From the NCBI GenBank assembly GCA_963662545.2, contig CAXXLL010000003.1:2144001-2208000 (forward strand): DNA of 64,000 nucleotides, written 5' to 3'. The translations under genes and the position numbers were made by a program. Under the pieces are notes generated by a model that had not been told where the DNA came from, did no database searches, and worked only from the letters and a program-made list of their open reading frames with translations. Each line of letters starts with the position of its first letter. Positions within the stretch are counted from its first letter, which is position 1. Below are positions 30,366 to 40,634 of the stretch, piece after piece. Origin of the DNA: Gammaproteobacteria bacterium (GTDB lineage: Bacteria; Pseudomonadota; Gammaproteobacteria; Ga0077536).

Positions 30366-30545
30366 TTATATAAACATTTCCCGTCATCTATCTCAATCCA
30401 TCTGGTTCAATAACCGGTTAATTATTAGATAGATTAAATCTACTTACCTCCACTTGCATCAAGGGCGTTCGACGGGTATCTTGGCGCTGGGGTGACATAG
30501 TGGTGATGTAAATAGACGGTGTCACTCCTTAACCAGGAGGACGCC

Positions 30546-31709
30546 ATGCTGAGCGAACTTAAGATCCGGAATGCCCGACCCGAGACTAAGACCCGCATCC
30601 TGTGGGACCAGCAGGTGAAGGGCTTAGGCGTCCGCATCACGCCGAAGGGCACCAAAGCCTATGTGCTCGACTATCGCATGAACGGCCGCCGCCATCGTGT
30701 GGTGCTGGCGCGAACGACCGAGATCTCCTTGGAAGAAATCCGCAAGCGCGCCGGTGCCGAGCGGGTCCGGATCCGCGCCGGCGAGGGCGATCTGCTGACG
30801 CGGCGGCGCGAAGCGCGTGCGTCACCCACGGTGACCGAGGGATTGGAGCGGTTCTTCGCCGAATATGTGCCGACGCGGCTGGCAGCGGGCCGCATGGCTC
30901 AGGGCACGGTGGACGGCTATCGCCGACAAGCCGCCCGTCACCTGCGGCCTGCCCTCGGCCGGCGGCGGATCGCCGACGTCACGCGCCACGACATCGAGCG
31001 CATGGTGGCGCCGCTCGCGACGGCCGCCCCGGTGCAACGCAACCGCGTGCTGGCGTTCACGAGCCGGCTGTTCAGGTTGTTCGAAGATTGGGAGTTGCGC
31101 CCGCAGCACACGAACCCTACGCGGGGTATCGAGCGGGCGCGTGAGGAAGCGCGTGACCGGGTGCTCACGCCGTCGGAGATGAAGGCACTCGGTGCGGCGC
31201 TGGCACGCGCGGAGAAGGACAAGCCCGCGGCCGTGGCGGCGATCCGGTTGGCGGCCCTGACGGGCCTGCGCATTGGCGAGGTGCTGGCGATGCGCTGGGA
31301 GCACGTGGACGCTGAGCACAAAGCCGTGGTGCTGCCCCACACGAAGACCGGGCGGCGCGTGCACGGCCTGCCCACGGCGGCGCTCGAGCTGCTCGCGGGC
31401 AGGCCGCGCATCAACGGCTACGTGTTCACCACCGGGCGTGACGCGGCCATTACGTATCAGACGGTCCACGCCGCCTTTGTAGCCCTGGCGCGCGAGGCCA
31501 GCCTGTCGGATGTACGCCTGCACGACCTGCGCCGCACAGTGATGACGAGCGCGGCGCGAGCGGGGGTCGGCACCCATGTACTACGCGACCTGCTCGGGCA
31601 CAAGACTACGGCGATGGCCGACCGCTACATCCGGCATGCCGGTGCGGCGGTTCACGAGGCCCAGGAGCACATCGGTGCGGCCATCGATGCGCAGCTGCGG
31701 GGCGTGTGA
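30546..31709 (+). CDS. int: Tyrosine integrase with arm-binding domain
   Basis: RBS aggagg; WDQQVKGLGVRI; TGLRIGE, HTKTG, HDLRR, LGH...RY catalytic residues. Confidence 0.95.
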   Translation: MLSELKIRNARPETKTRILWDQQVKGLGVRITPKGTKAYVLDYRMNGRRHRVVLARTTEISLEEIRKRAGAERVRIRAGEGDLLTRRREARASPTVTEGLERFFAEYVPTRLAAGRMAQGTVDGYRRQAARHLRPALGRRRIADVTRHDIERMVAPLATAAPVQRNRVLAFTSRLFRLFEDWELRPQHTNPTRGIERAREEARDRVLTPSEMKALGAALARAEKDKPAAVAAIRLAALTGLRIGEVLAMRWEHVDAEHKAVVLPHTKTGRRVHGLPTAALELLAGRPRINGYVFTTGRDAAITYQTVHAAFVALAREASLSDVRLHDLRRTVMTSAARAGVGTHVLRDLLGHKTTAMADRYIRHAGAAVHEAQEHIGAAIDAQLRGV

Positions 31710-31740
31710 CGGCGCCCGATACACGACGGAGAACCATTCG

Positions 31741-32517
31741 ATGAGTGAAACGGAGAACAGTCCCGAGCCGACCGAACCGTGTCCACAGTGCGGTTTGCCA
31801 GGCACGGCACCGAGGAACCCGCCGATGAGCGTGGAGGTCGGCGTCTGCTCGGCGTGTGGGCAGGCCCCGCTGGCGGCGGATGTTCAATCCCTCTACGGCC
31901 CGGACACAAATCCGGGCGAACATCGAAGGAAGCTTACCGAGTACCGGTCGGAACTGGCAAGGCTCCAAGAGCGCCTGAGAGAGGAGGGTCTGTCCCCATC
32001 CTATCAAGAGGCCGTGGATCTCGTGCAGCTGTATCCCTGGCCCGACCCTGAAGACCCTGAGGCTTGGGCCACCTTTGGGCTCGTCTTAGACTGTGTGGAG
32101 GAGGAGGATGGGCGGCAGGTGCTGATAGAAGAGCACGTCCGGGAATGGCTTGAAGTCTGGCAAGACGAAAGCGAGCGGAAGTGGGATCGATTTTGGGTGC
32201 AGGAGGCGCTCGAAGAAATCGCAAGGCGGGTACCGGATCATCCACTCGCCACCGAGATCTTAGAACGGCTGGAGAGCGGGCGCCTGAACCGACCGAGTGG
32301 TCGGTACGATCCGCGCAAAAATGAGGTTCGCGACGTGCATATTCTCAAAGTGCTCGATGATTTGGTGGACCTCGACATGAACCCGACGCGCCACCTGTGG
32401 GGTCCAAAGGAAGAATCAGCATGCGACGCGGTCGCGACGGCGAGGGGACTCTTCTTGTCGTACACGGGGGTCGAATCGGTTTGGAAGCGGCGGCCACACA
32501 CGGAAACCAGGCGCTAA
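31741..32517 (+). CDS. Hypothetical protein with N-terminal CxxC...CxxC and possible C-terminal HTH
   Basis: CPQC...CSAC; acidic helical core; ends SACDAVA...SYTGVESVWKR. Confidence 0.7.
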   Translation: MSETENSPEPTEPCPQCGLPGTAPRNPPMSVEVGVCSACGQAPLAADVQSLYGPDTNPGEHRRKLTEYRSELARLQERLREEGLSPSYQEAVDLVQLYPWPDPEDPEAWATFGLVLDCVEEEDGRQVLIEEHVREWLEVWQDESERKWDRFWVQEALEEIARRVPDHPLATEILERLESGRLNRPSGRYDPRKNEVRDVHILKVLDDLVDLDMNPTRHLWGPKEESACDAVATARGLFLSYTGVESVWKRRPHTETRR

Positions 32518-32541
32518 GAGGCGACCCCAAGGAGCAGCACG

Positions 32542-33528
32542 ATGGGGCATGACCTTTTCCAGGGCAGCATGGCGTTCGTGGGCGAGACACCGTGGCACCG
32601 CCTCGGCACGGCGGTTGAATCACACATAACAGCGGAGCAGATGATGTGCGCGGCCAATTTGGATTGGCAGGTTCGAAAGCAGCCCGCCCCCGGCGCTCGG
32701 CTGCTCGATGCAGGCAGGAAAGTCTATGACCGGTACATCGTGCTGCGTGACCCGGTGGGTGACGAGACCGAGGCGGTCGCGCTCGCCATCGTCGGCAAGG
32801 ATTACGAGTCGCTCCAGAACAAGGATGCGTTCACGTTCTTCGAGCCCTTCATTGACAATGGCTGGGCCGAGTTCCACACAGCGGGCGCGTTGGGCAACGG
32901 CGAGCGGGTTTGGGCGCTGGCGCGGCTGTCGGAACAAATGGTCATCCATGGGGACGACCCTGTCGATCGCTTCCTGTTGCTGTCCAACTCCCATGACGGG
33001 TCGAGCGCCGTCACCGTGCGGTTCACGCCGGTCCGAGTCGTCTGCCAAAATACGCTGAGCCTCGCACAGGCGGGCGGGACGGGGGTCGTGTCCGTCCGTC
33101 ATACCCGAAATATTCGCCACAATCTGAAAAAAACCCAGGCGCAAGCATTGAAGCGTCTCTCCGATGCGGTATTTGCTGAGGCCGGATCCCTGTTCGCTTG
33201 CATGGCAGAGTGCAGTGTGGCGCCCGCAGCGGTAGACGGTTATCTAGAGACGCTGTTTCCGAGGACTCGCCGGCAGAAGACCCAAGGTCTGGAACCTGAG
33301 CGGTGGGCACGCGTGAAGCAGATCCTTGGCGACGAAGCCGTCACGCCGTCCGCGACACGCGAGACGCTGTGGGCGCTCTACAACGCGGTCGTTCGGGATG
33401 AAGACTACCGCCGCACCCGTGAAGTGACCGCAGATGCGCGTTTGGAACGGGTGTGGTTCGGGCGCGGATATGGCTTGAAACGCAAGGCGCTTGAAACGGC
33501 CCGAGTACAGTTGGATAGCGCCGCCTGA
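32542..33528 (+). CDS. DUF932/DUF945 family mobile-element protein
   Basis: MAFVGETPWHRLG, LQNKDAF, LLSNSHDGS, TPVRVVCQNTL, RHT, TLWALYNAV. Confidence 0.9.
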   Translation: MGHDLFQGSMAFVGETPWHRLGTAVESHITAEQMMCAANLDWQVRKQPAPGARLLDAGRKVYDRYIVLRDPVGDETEAVALAIVGKDYESLQNKDAFTFFEPFIDNGWAEFHTAGALGNGERVWALARLSEQMVIHGDDPVDRFLLLSNSHDGSSAVTVRFTPVRVVCQNTLSLAQAGGTGVVSVRHTRNIRHNLKKTQAQALKRLSDAVFAEAGSLFACMAECSVAPAAVDGYLETLFPRTRRQKTQGLEPERWARVKQILGDEAVTPSATRETLWALYNAVVRDEDYRRTREVTADARLERVWFGRGYGLKRKALETARVQLDSAA

Positions 33529-34351
33529 ATCGCTAGGCTGAACACGCGCGAGGCCGAGTACTACGCTCCACCACGGGCCCCCGAGGGCGATTCCATCGCA
33601 GGCCTTTCGACGGACAACGCCCGGCGCTGAGGCGGGGTGACCGCGTCCCGCCGTTGGGAGTCCCCTTTGCTATCACCCTGGCGGTGGACCTCCCTTCGAT
33701 CCGTCTTGCAATACCCGAATCGCCCTAGGCCGTCTACGTGCGGGTCTGCCGAATTCTTCGATGAAAGCGGGCTTACCAGTCAAGTTGACAAAGCGCCGGA
33801 GACGCTGGGAACCGGATGGCCGGTGGCGGCGCCCCCGACGCTCAGCCGCACCCGGAAGTGGGTGTTCAATTGCGCCCATTGCGTCCATTACGCCCTAAGC
33901 GCTCCAAACGGTGTCGATGATGGGCGCAATATGGACGCACGGTTGCAAGCCTTCCCGCGCCCGGCAAAAAGCTGCTCGGCCAATGTAACCAGACGGCTCC
34001 GGGCGACCATCACGAGTCTCCGAGCAGATCAAGGGCCGCCTTCCAGCCGCGGTTGCACTCTGCGGTGAGTCCGCCTGACACACGGGCAGTGAGCAGGGCG
34101 TGCTGAAGACCCTCGATCCTCCGTTCAACCACCGGAACGTGTCCCATACACGGGGCGCACACCGGCGAGGAGCGTAACGCCCACTGCAAGAGACTCTATC
34201 GGTGCATCCGGAAACACCAATCCCGTCGGCTTTCCGACGCGCGACCGAGTCCCGCCATAGTGGGGCACCATGCCGGAAAAAGTTGTGCCCAACAATTCAT
34301 GTTGGATGTCTTCCATGCTGCGCGTTTCATCATGACAGCAGGAGAACCACC

Positions 34352-34654
34352 TTGGATGAGTATAACGTACATCGTTCCGAAGGCGGACCGTCCGCGCGCT
34401 TCGAGGCTCACCGCTACTACCGGCCGGGCGACCCAGCCCTGTCCGTGATCGCCTCGCGCGGCACGCTGGCGACATGGCGCTGGCAAGGCCGCGGGCCGCG
34501 TTATACGAAGTTCGGCCATCGCATTCTGTATTTAGGCGCCGATCTCAATACGTGGCTGGATGCGCGCGTGGTCGAACCGACGATCCGGATAGCCGAGGAT
34601 GGGGGGACGCCGCGAGGGGCCCGCTGCTGGTCAGACGGCGGGGTGAGCACATGA
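34352..34654 (+). CDS. AlpA/excisionase-like HTH protein
   Basis: RBS aggag + TTG start; TLATWRWQGRGPRYTKFGHRILYLGADLNTWL. Confidence 0.8.
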   Translation: MDEYNVHRSEGGPSARFEAHRYYRPGDPALSVIASRGTLATWRWQGRGPRYTKFGHRILYLGADLNTWLDARVVEPTIRIAEDGGTPRGARCWSDGGVST

Positions 34655-35593
34655 CCGGTCCGGTCGCGGTGACAGACTGGGCCGCGGTGATGGGCGACGT
34701 GGCGATTGCCTTGCTGGGCGAGCCGAACGCGGCACTCTCGAGTGAGCGCGAGTTGCGCTACGGGCACCGGGGCAGCCTAGTGGTGCACATCGCGGGCCCG
34801 TACGCCGGCTGGTTTCGCGACCATGAGGCAGGCACGGGCGGCGGTGTGCTCGACCTCATAGGGCGTGAACGCGGTGGCGCTCGGCACGAAGCGTGGGCTT
34901 GGCTTTGCGCACACGGTTTTCTGTCCGAACAGACCGTTCCCATACGGGAGCGCCGCCCACGAACCGTCACGACGCATGGCACTGATGCCCAAGAGACGAG
35001 CGGCAAGCGAGCTTGTGCGCGCGCAATCTGGAAGGAAGCCCTTCCGTTGAGAGGTTCGCTCGCCGAAGCCTATCTGCACAGGCGCGGTGTGGCGGTGGCC
35101 GACGCGCCGGCGCTGCGATTCCACCCGCGACTTCGACATCCGCGCGCGCCCTATTCGTTTCTCCCCTGTCTGGTGGCGTGCGTGCAGGACTGTGGAGGGC
35201 GATTTCTCGGGATCCAGCGCACCTACCTGGAGGGCCCGGACAAGGCCCCCGGTCCAGCCGGTTCGCGCGAGTCTCGGGCGGCTCACGGGTGGTGCGGTTC
35301 GACTTGCCGAGCCGGCGGACGAGGTGCTGCTCGTCGGCGAGGGCATCGAGTCGGCCGCAGCGGCCATGCAGCAGTTCGACCTGCCCGGCTGGGCCGCGCT
35401 CGGGACCGCTGGGCTGTGTGCGCTGGTCGTGCCCGAGGCCGTCCGCGAAGTGATCATTGCCGCCGACCGCGATGCGCCCGGACTCGAAGCGGCGGCAGCG
35501 CTCGCCGAGCGGCTGGAGGCCGAGGGGCGGCGCATCACGATCGTTGCGCCCCGTGCCGGCGGTGACTTCGCCGATAAGGAGGATGGTCGATGA
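34651..35593 (+). pseudogene. Toprim-type primase, frameshifted in the C5 run at 35246-35250
   Basis: AEAYLHRRG, LRFHP, GIQRTYL in one frame; LLVGEGIESA, IIAADRD, DFAD in the next. Confidence 0.85.
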
Positions 35594-37296
35594 GCAGGTC
35601 AACGAAGGATGTCGGCATCCTGAACATATTTGAGGCGAAGCGCGAGGCGGCGATCCTCAGGCAGTTGCCTGAAGACTGGGTGGCGCTCGTCGAGCGTTCA
35701 AGACTGGACCCGGGCGCGCCGTTGGAGAAACCGGCCATTAAGCGTCTCAAGACACTACGCGCCGAGGACGCGCCCACTTGGGCGCGACTGCGGCAACTAC
35801 TCAAGGCTCTCAATGTGCCGGTCACGGAGCTTGACCGCCAGACCCGCCTGGCCGAGCCGGGCCACAAGGGGGGCTCAGCGCAAGTCCGTCGCTTGCTCGA
35901 CATGGTCGAACGCGACTGCACTCTGTTTCACTGCGGAGATGAGGCGTTCGCCGAGTTCGAGCACGACGGGCACCGTCAATCGTGGCCGGTGCCCTCGCAG
36001 GGCTTTAGCGCGTGGCTTCGGGCGCGATACTTCGAAGCATCCGACGGCGGCGCGCCAAACAACGAGGCGTTGCAAACGGCGATCGGCACGATCGCGGCAC
36101 GGGCGCAGTTTCGAGGCCTGGCGCGCGAGGTCTATCGTCGTGTCGGCTCGGAGGCCGGCCGGCTTTATCTCGACCTCTGCAATGACGCCTGGCAGGCCGT
36201 CGAGATCGACGCGACCAGGTGGCGCTGCGTTGACCGTCCGGCGGTGCGGTTTATCCGCACGCGGCACATGCGCGCACTGCCCGAGCCCAAGCGCAATGGG
36301 CAGATCGAAGCCCTCCGAGCGTTTCTCAATCTGGCCGGCGATGACGACTTCAACCTCGCCGTAGCTTGGCTCTTGGCGGCACTCCGCCCGACCGGCCCGT
36401 ATCCGGTGCTGGTGCTGACGGGTGAGCAAGGGTCGGCCAAGAGCACGTGCGCACGGATGCTGCGTGCCCTTGTCGACCCCCATGAGGCGGCGCTGCGTGC
36501 ACCGCCGCGCAATGAACACGAACTGTTCATCGCCGCGCGCAACGCACACGTGCTGGCGTTCGACAACCTGAGCACGGTCTCGCCGTGGCTGTCGGATGCG
36601 CTATCCCGGCTCGCAACAGGGGCCGGGTTCGCTGCGCGCAAGTTGTACACCGACGACGAGGAGAACGTGATCAGCGCGGAACGCCCCACGATCCTGAACA
36701 GTATCGATGCCGTCGTGACGCGAAGTGATTTGGCAGACCGGGCACTTGTCCTGACGCTCGAGGCCATCCCGGATACGCACCGCAAGCGGGAATCCGTTTT
36801 GTGGGCCGACTTCGAGCGAGCGCGCCCTCACATCCTCGGTGCCCTGCTCGATGCGATGGTGGTGGGGCTGAATCGGCTTGAGGAGGTGCGGCTCGACGAG
36901 CTACCGCGGATGGCGGACTTCGCCGAGTGGGCGGTGGCGTGTGAGCCCGGGATGTTCGACGAGGGCGCGTTCCTGCGTGCGTATGCACTTAATCGCAAGG
37001 GCGCCGTCACGACCGTGATGGATGCCAGCCCGGTCGCTAGCGCGATCTGCGACCTGATGCGAAAGAGGCGAGGTCAGGTCTGGGAAGGGACAGCGACCGA
37101 GCTGTACCGTGAACTAACCGGGCCCGTCGATAAGCGCGTGATGAAAACTCCGGGATGGCCCGTCAATGCACAAACGCTGAGCCGGTGTCTGAACACCGTC
37201 ACCTCGGCGCTGCGGCCGGTCGGGATCACGGTCGGCCGACAGAAGAGCGGCCAGCGTTTGATTTGGCTATCCGGCTCACCGGAAGGGAAACACTGA
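35590..37296 (+). CDS. P-loop ATPase, putative replicative helicase
   Basis: Walker A GEQGSAKS, LAFDNLS, RKLYTDDE, DLADR, LPRMADF. Confidence 0.85.
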   Translation: MSRSTKDVGILNIFEAKREAAILRQLPEDWVALVERSRLDPGAPLEKPAIKRLKTLRAEDAPTWARLRQLLKALNVPVTELDRQTRLAEPGHKGGSAQVRRLLDMVERDCTLFHCGDEAFAEFEHDGHRQSWPVPSQGFSAWLRARYFEASDGGAPNNEALQTAIGTIAARAQFRGLAREVYRRVGSEAGRLYLDLCNDAWQAVEIDATRWRCVDRPAVRFIRTRHMRALPEPKRNGQIEALRAFLNLAGDDDFNLAVAWLLAALRPTGPYPVLVLTGEQGSAKSTCARMLRALVDPHEAALRAPPRNEHELFIAARNAHVLAFDNLSTVSPWLSDALSRLATGAGFAARKLYTDDEENVISAERPTILNSIDAVVTRSDLADRALVLTLEAIPDTHRKRESVLWADFERARPHILGALLDAMVVGLNRLEEVRLDELPRMADFAEWAVACEPGMFDEGAFLRAYALNRKGAVTTVMDASPVASAICDLMRKRRGQVWEGTATELYRELTGPVDKRVMKTPGWPVNAQTLSRCLNTVTSALRPVGITVGRQKSGQRLIWLSGSPEGKH

Positions 37297-37376
37297 AGGG
37301 CGTCCCCATGCGCGCGGGGCGGTGGTGGAGAGACACGTGCACCCATCCCTGAACGAACACCATAGGAGCACCATTG

Positions 37377-37910
37377 ATGAAGCACACCGAAATGATGGCC
37401 TTGTCAAATCGGGGGGGCACACGCACCGCGGTGGAACGCGCGAGCGCGTGGCTGCTGTCGCACTTGGAGGCGGGCAGCTGCTTGGACGCCGCCGGCTGGG
37501 TGTCGGCACGCGCGATTGAGTTGGCGCGTTCGAAGACCGGCGTGAGCCGTGCCGCGCTGAACCGGGCGCGCCGATGGTTACAGCAAACCGGAGACATCGA
37601 GAAACGGCGTCGCGGCTTTCAAGGTCCGTGGATGTATCGCGTGGTGGCCTCGAAGTCCAGGCACTGTCCGGTGTGCGGTGCGGTCAACGGTGTGCCGGCC
37701 CCGGCCCCTGCCGAGCCGGTGTCGACCCAGCCTGCGGTGGCGATCCGCTACCTTGGTCGGCGGTCCTGGTACGCTGATGGATTGTATGGGACCGGCCTCA
37801 TATGGCACGGCCCCGGTGACATCCAGCCGCTCGCCGACATAGACAAGGCACGGCGCATGGCCCGGAATCACCCGGATGCCTATGAGCTCGTCGAGGTCGA
37901 GTCCGACTGA
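37377..37910 (+). CDS. Hypothetical protein (winged-HTH-like N-terminus, CPVC)
   Basis: RBS aggag; GVSRAALNRAR...RRGFQGPW. Confidence 0.6.
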   Translation: MKHTEMMALSNRGGTRTAVERASAWLLSHLEAGSCLDAAGWVSARAIELARSKTGVSRAALNRARRWLQQTGDIEKRRRGFQGPWMYRVVASKSRHCPVCGAVNGVPAPAPAEPVSTQPAVAIRYLGRRSWYADGLYGTGLIWHGPGDIQPLADIDKARRMARNHPDAYELVEVESD

Positions 37911-38485
37911 CCGCGTTCAGGCGCCTGAGCCAAGGCAAACAAACGGCGCACAAGACCTGTTCCAACTGCCAACCGCTGAAACGCAAAGAGTCACCAAGAC
38001 CGTAACAAACAGCGTCGCACCTGCGGTCCGGTTGCCTCGTTGGGCCCACCTCCAGCGGAAAACGAGGGCAATATTGCTCAGCATGAAGAAGCGACCTTCA
38101 AAGCCGGTTGACACACTCGCGGCTGCCAACCTTTTGCGTCACCGTTGACAAAGTGACCACTAAGCACCCATAGCCGTTGTCGTTTATTCGTCAACACCTA
38201 TATACGATTGACGATCTCAACGTCGCTATAGCACACCGCCCACCGTGACAACTCATGTGGTCCGCCCTGTCGGGCCACCCGCTGAACACAACAGCTGTTC
38301 AATGCAGCGCTGGGTAGCTCCCGGTGCTGGGCGAATAAGCGGGACTTTCCGCGATCACGTGGGTTGTCGAGAGCTTAACCTACAGGTTCAGCCGCTCCAA
38401 CGCGTCTCGCGACCGCCCCCACCACGACCGCGCTGTAGTCAGTGCACTCCGCGCCCGGCGTGCCCGACCTCGCTTTCAGACAATT

Positions 38486-39202
38486 TCATGCGGCCACCTC
38501 ACACGGCCCCAAGCGAAGCTCCGCCAAAATCAAATTGTCTTTGAACACGTTCACCTCAACCGTCGAGGAGGTAAACCGTGGGGGCAGCCGCGTTTCTGAG
38601 GATACCGTAACTTGGTAGGAGGACGGCCAACTTTCCCCCGATGCAACGACTTCGTGCACGGCGCCGCACAAGGCGATACTAAGAACGCGCCCGTCGAAGT
38701 TGAACGTCATCTCGGTCTCCCCGGCAATCTCGGACAGAGCAGCTTGCAGCTTACGCCGAAGGGGGCGGGCATACTCCCGGTCGATGAAACACTTAGGGCT
38801 TGCTTGGTAGGCCGCCCGGTAGGCCTCTAACCTTTCCTGACTCGCCTGTTCCTCTCGGACGGCCGGCACGAGGTCCCAGTGGCGTTCTCCCTCCAGAAAC
38901 CAAGCTGGCAAGGGCTCTAGATCGGACCGGTCCGATTTGAGAACGTAGCTTACCCAGGCCGCGGCTTCCTGAGGGGTCCCGAGACTTGCCGGAAGGTGGT
39001 GCTCTATTTGGCTCAGAGTACGCCCGGTATTGAGAACACCGTTGAGAAGCACCTCGGGCTGAAAATACCTACTTATTGTGGCGGAGGCCTTCAAGTCGAG
39101 ATAGTGAAACCGATAACCGACGGTTTCCATGCCGAATTCGGGCTCCCGGCGCTCAAAGCCGAGCGCGACCAAGGCGTCTAGGGTTGGGTATTTGTCGCTC
39201 AC
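38486..39202 (-). CDS. Hypothetical protein
   Basis: 238-aa ORF with natural composition; GTGA overlap with the upstream hsdS-like remnant. Confidence 0.7.
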   Translation of the reverse strand: MSDKYPTLDALVALGFERREPEFGMETVGYRFHYLDLKASATISRYFQPEVLLNGVLNTGRTLSQIEHHLPASLGTPQEAAAWVSYVLKSDRSDLEPLPAWFLEGERHWDLVPAVREEQASQERLEAYRAAYQASPKCFIDREYARPLRRKLQAALSEIAGETEMTFNFDGRVLSIALCGAVHEVVASGESWPSSYQVTVSSETRLPPRFTSSTVEVNVFKDNLILAELRLGPCEVAA

Positions 39203-39480
39203 GCCGCGGCCTCCACGGCTTCTTCGGCGTTCGACAGGCTAATTTCGCCCCCGATGAGTTTTGGGAAGCGCGTTTGACGAAGCTGGGCAAGCGTGCGGCC
39301 CTTCGGTGTATTGGCGACTATTCGATCCAATAGCGACTCTGCGATACCGGCGAAGACACGCAGCAACGCTTGGCCCGGTTGGAGCATTCGAAACGTGTCG
39401 GTACTCGACCTTCCGAAATGGCTCATAACCGTTCCAACCTTACCGGGCTCAAAGAACCGGAATTCTCCACTCAATCCGTC
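39199..39480 (-). pseudogene. hsdS: Type I RM specificity subunit C-terminal remnant
   Basis: RTLAQLRQTRFPKLIGGEISLSNAEEAVEAAA resembles the HsdS terminal helix (LxxLRDxLLPKLxSGE). Confidence 0.6.
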
Positions 39481-40069
39481 CCGTAATGGCTGACGCCCGA
39501 CAGAAGAAAACTGAACTGGCCAGATGCTGACCCTCAGACTCGACCATCTAAAGGACCCCGGCCGACCCAACCGGCGGTAAACAAAGCCGCAATGTTCACC
39601 AATGAAAAATAAAAATCACGCGTCATCTTTTTGCACTCGACCGGCGCTGATTTCTCCCGATATCCGCGCTGCTCCCAATTGTCACATGACCGCATAATCT
39701 CATGACACTCGCCGAGCGTGTCCATCCAGATGGGTCGGCTGGTGTACTTCGAACTCGTAGCGAATGGATCGGGCACGGGATAAGCGTTTCAGCCCGCGCG
39801 GAACTTCCAGGTGGCGGTTTCCTGTTCGCTACCACTCAAGGAAGGGCGTTTCGGCAATCAACTGATCGACGATGGCTTCGGCTTTCGGCCCTATCGGCAT
39901 CATGGCCTGGGACCTGTGCACGAAGATGACGGCACACGATGTGACGGGCAACCCTGGAGATGGCCCTGGCCGCAACAGGGATTGATTCAGTAACCGTCAG
40001 ACACGCCCCTACAAGACCGAACGTTGGCATGCGGCGATGAACAACCGAGTGTTGCCAGCGCACGACTAT

Positions 40070-40500
40070 CTGCCTAGTGATCTACCGACCGATGTCGACG
40101 CTTTTGTTGAATAGTACAATCATCAGCCTTACCACGAGAGCCTGCAGAATCTGATACCGGCCGCCATCCACTTCGATCAAGCCGAGCCCGTGTCGAGGAA
40201 GCGGCGAATCATCAAAGAACGAATCATGTCACAACGACGACTGCAGCACCCGAAAACCGCCGCGTAACCTTACACTGACAGGGATCCAAATGAACGATCA
40301 CCTTCGTGAACGAAACCTCCACTCCGTAAGCTTCCCCGTCAAGTAGACAGTTCAAAGCTAGAGTTCCGGCGAGCCATTGGCGGAACACCGAGGGCGGGAT
40401 CCGGCCGAGCGACTCGTGAGGACGTTGCTCATTGTAGGTGCAGGGCCAGCGCTCGGTGATGTCTCGGACTTGGTCTAGGGTGTTGCGACGTTTACAACGT
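40070..40500. pseudogene. Two convergent IS3-like 3' remnants
   Basis: YNHQPYHESLQNLIPA on +; YNEQRPHESLGRIPP on -. Confidence 0.7.
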
Positions 40501-40634
40501 GTTGTGAATCCGGCAGAAGTGTTAATGGGCGAAACAGAGCACCAGTATGTGCACGTGATTTTCAATCCGCTTCGAGACAGCGTTTGTCAATTGCGTAAAC
40601 CGCATCATACTCATTCGCAGTGTCAGGTCGTGGT

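Larger units (their letters stand above)
30351..37910 (+). mobile_element. Phage-satellite/PICI-like integrative element (right end not defined)
   Basis: int - hyp - DUF932 - AlpA-like - primase - ATPase - hyp; no capsid, tail or T4SS genes. Confidence 0.75.

Noticed and set aside
33530-34350. ncRNA or regulator gene in the satellite gap
   Set aside because: Only short hairpins and unconvincing ORFs; no family recognised by eye.
37950-38260. Right att site of the satellite
   Set aside because: No second TTATGAA core and no 5' IS4 sequence found.
38280-38480. Integron attC site (gcttaac...gttcagc)
   Set aside because: No complete R''/L''/L'/R' structure, no intI and no cassette array.
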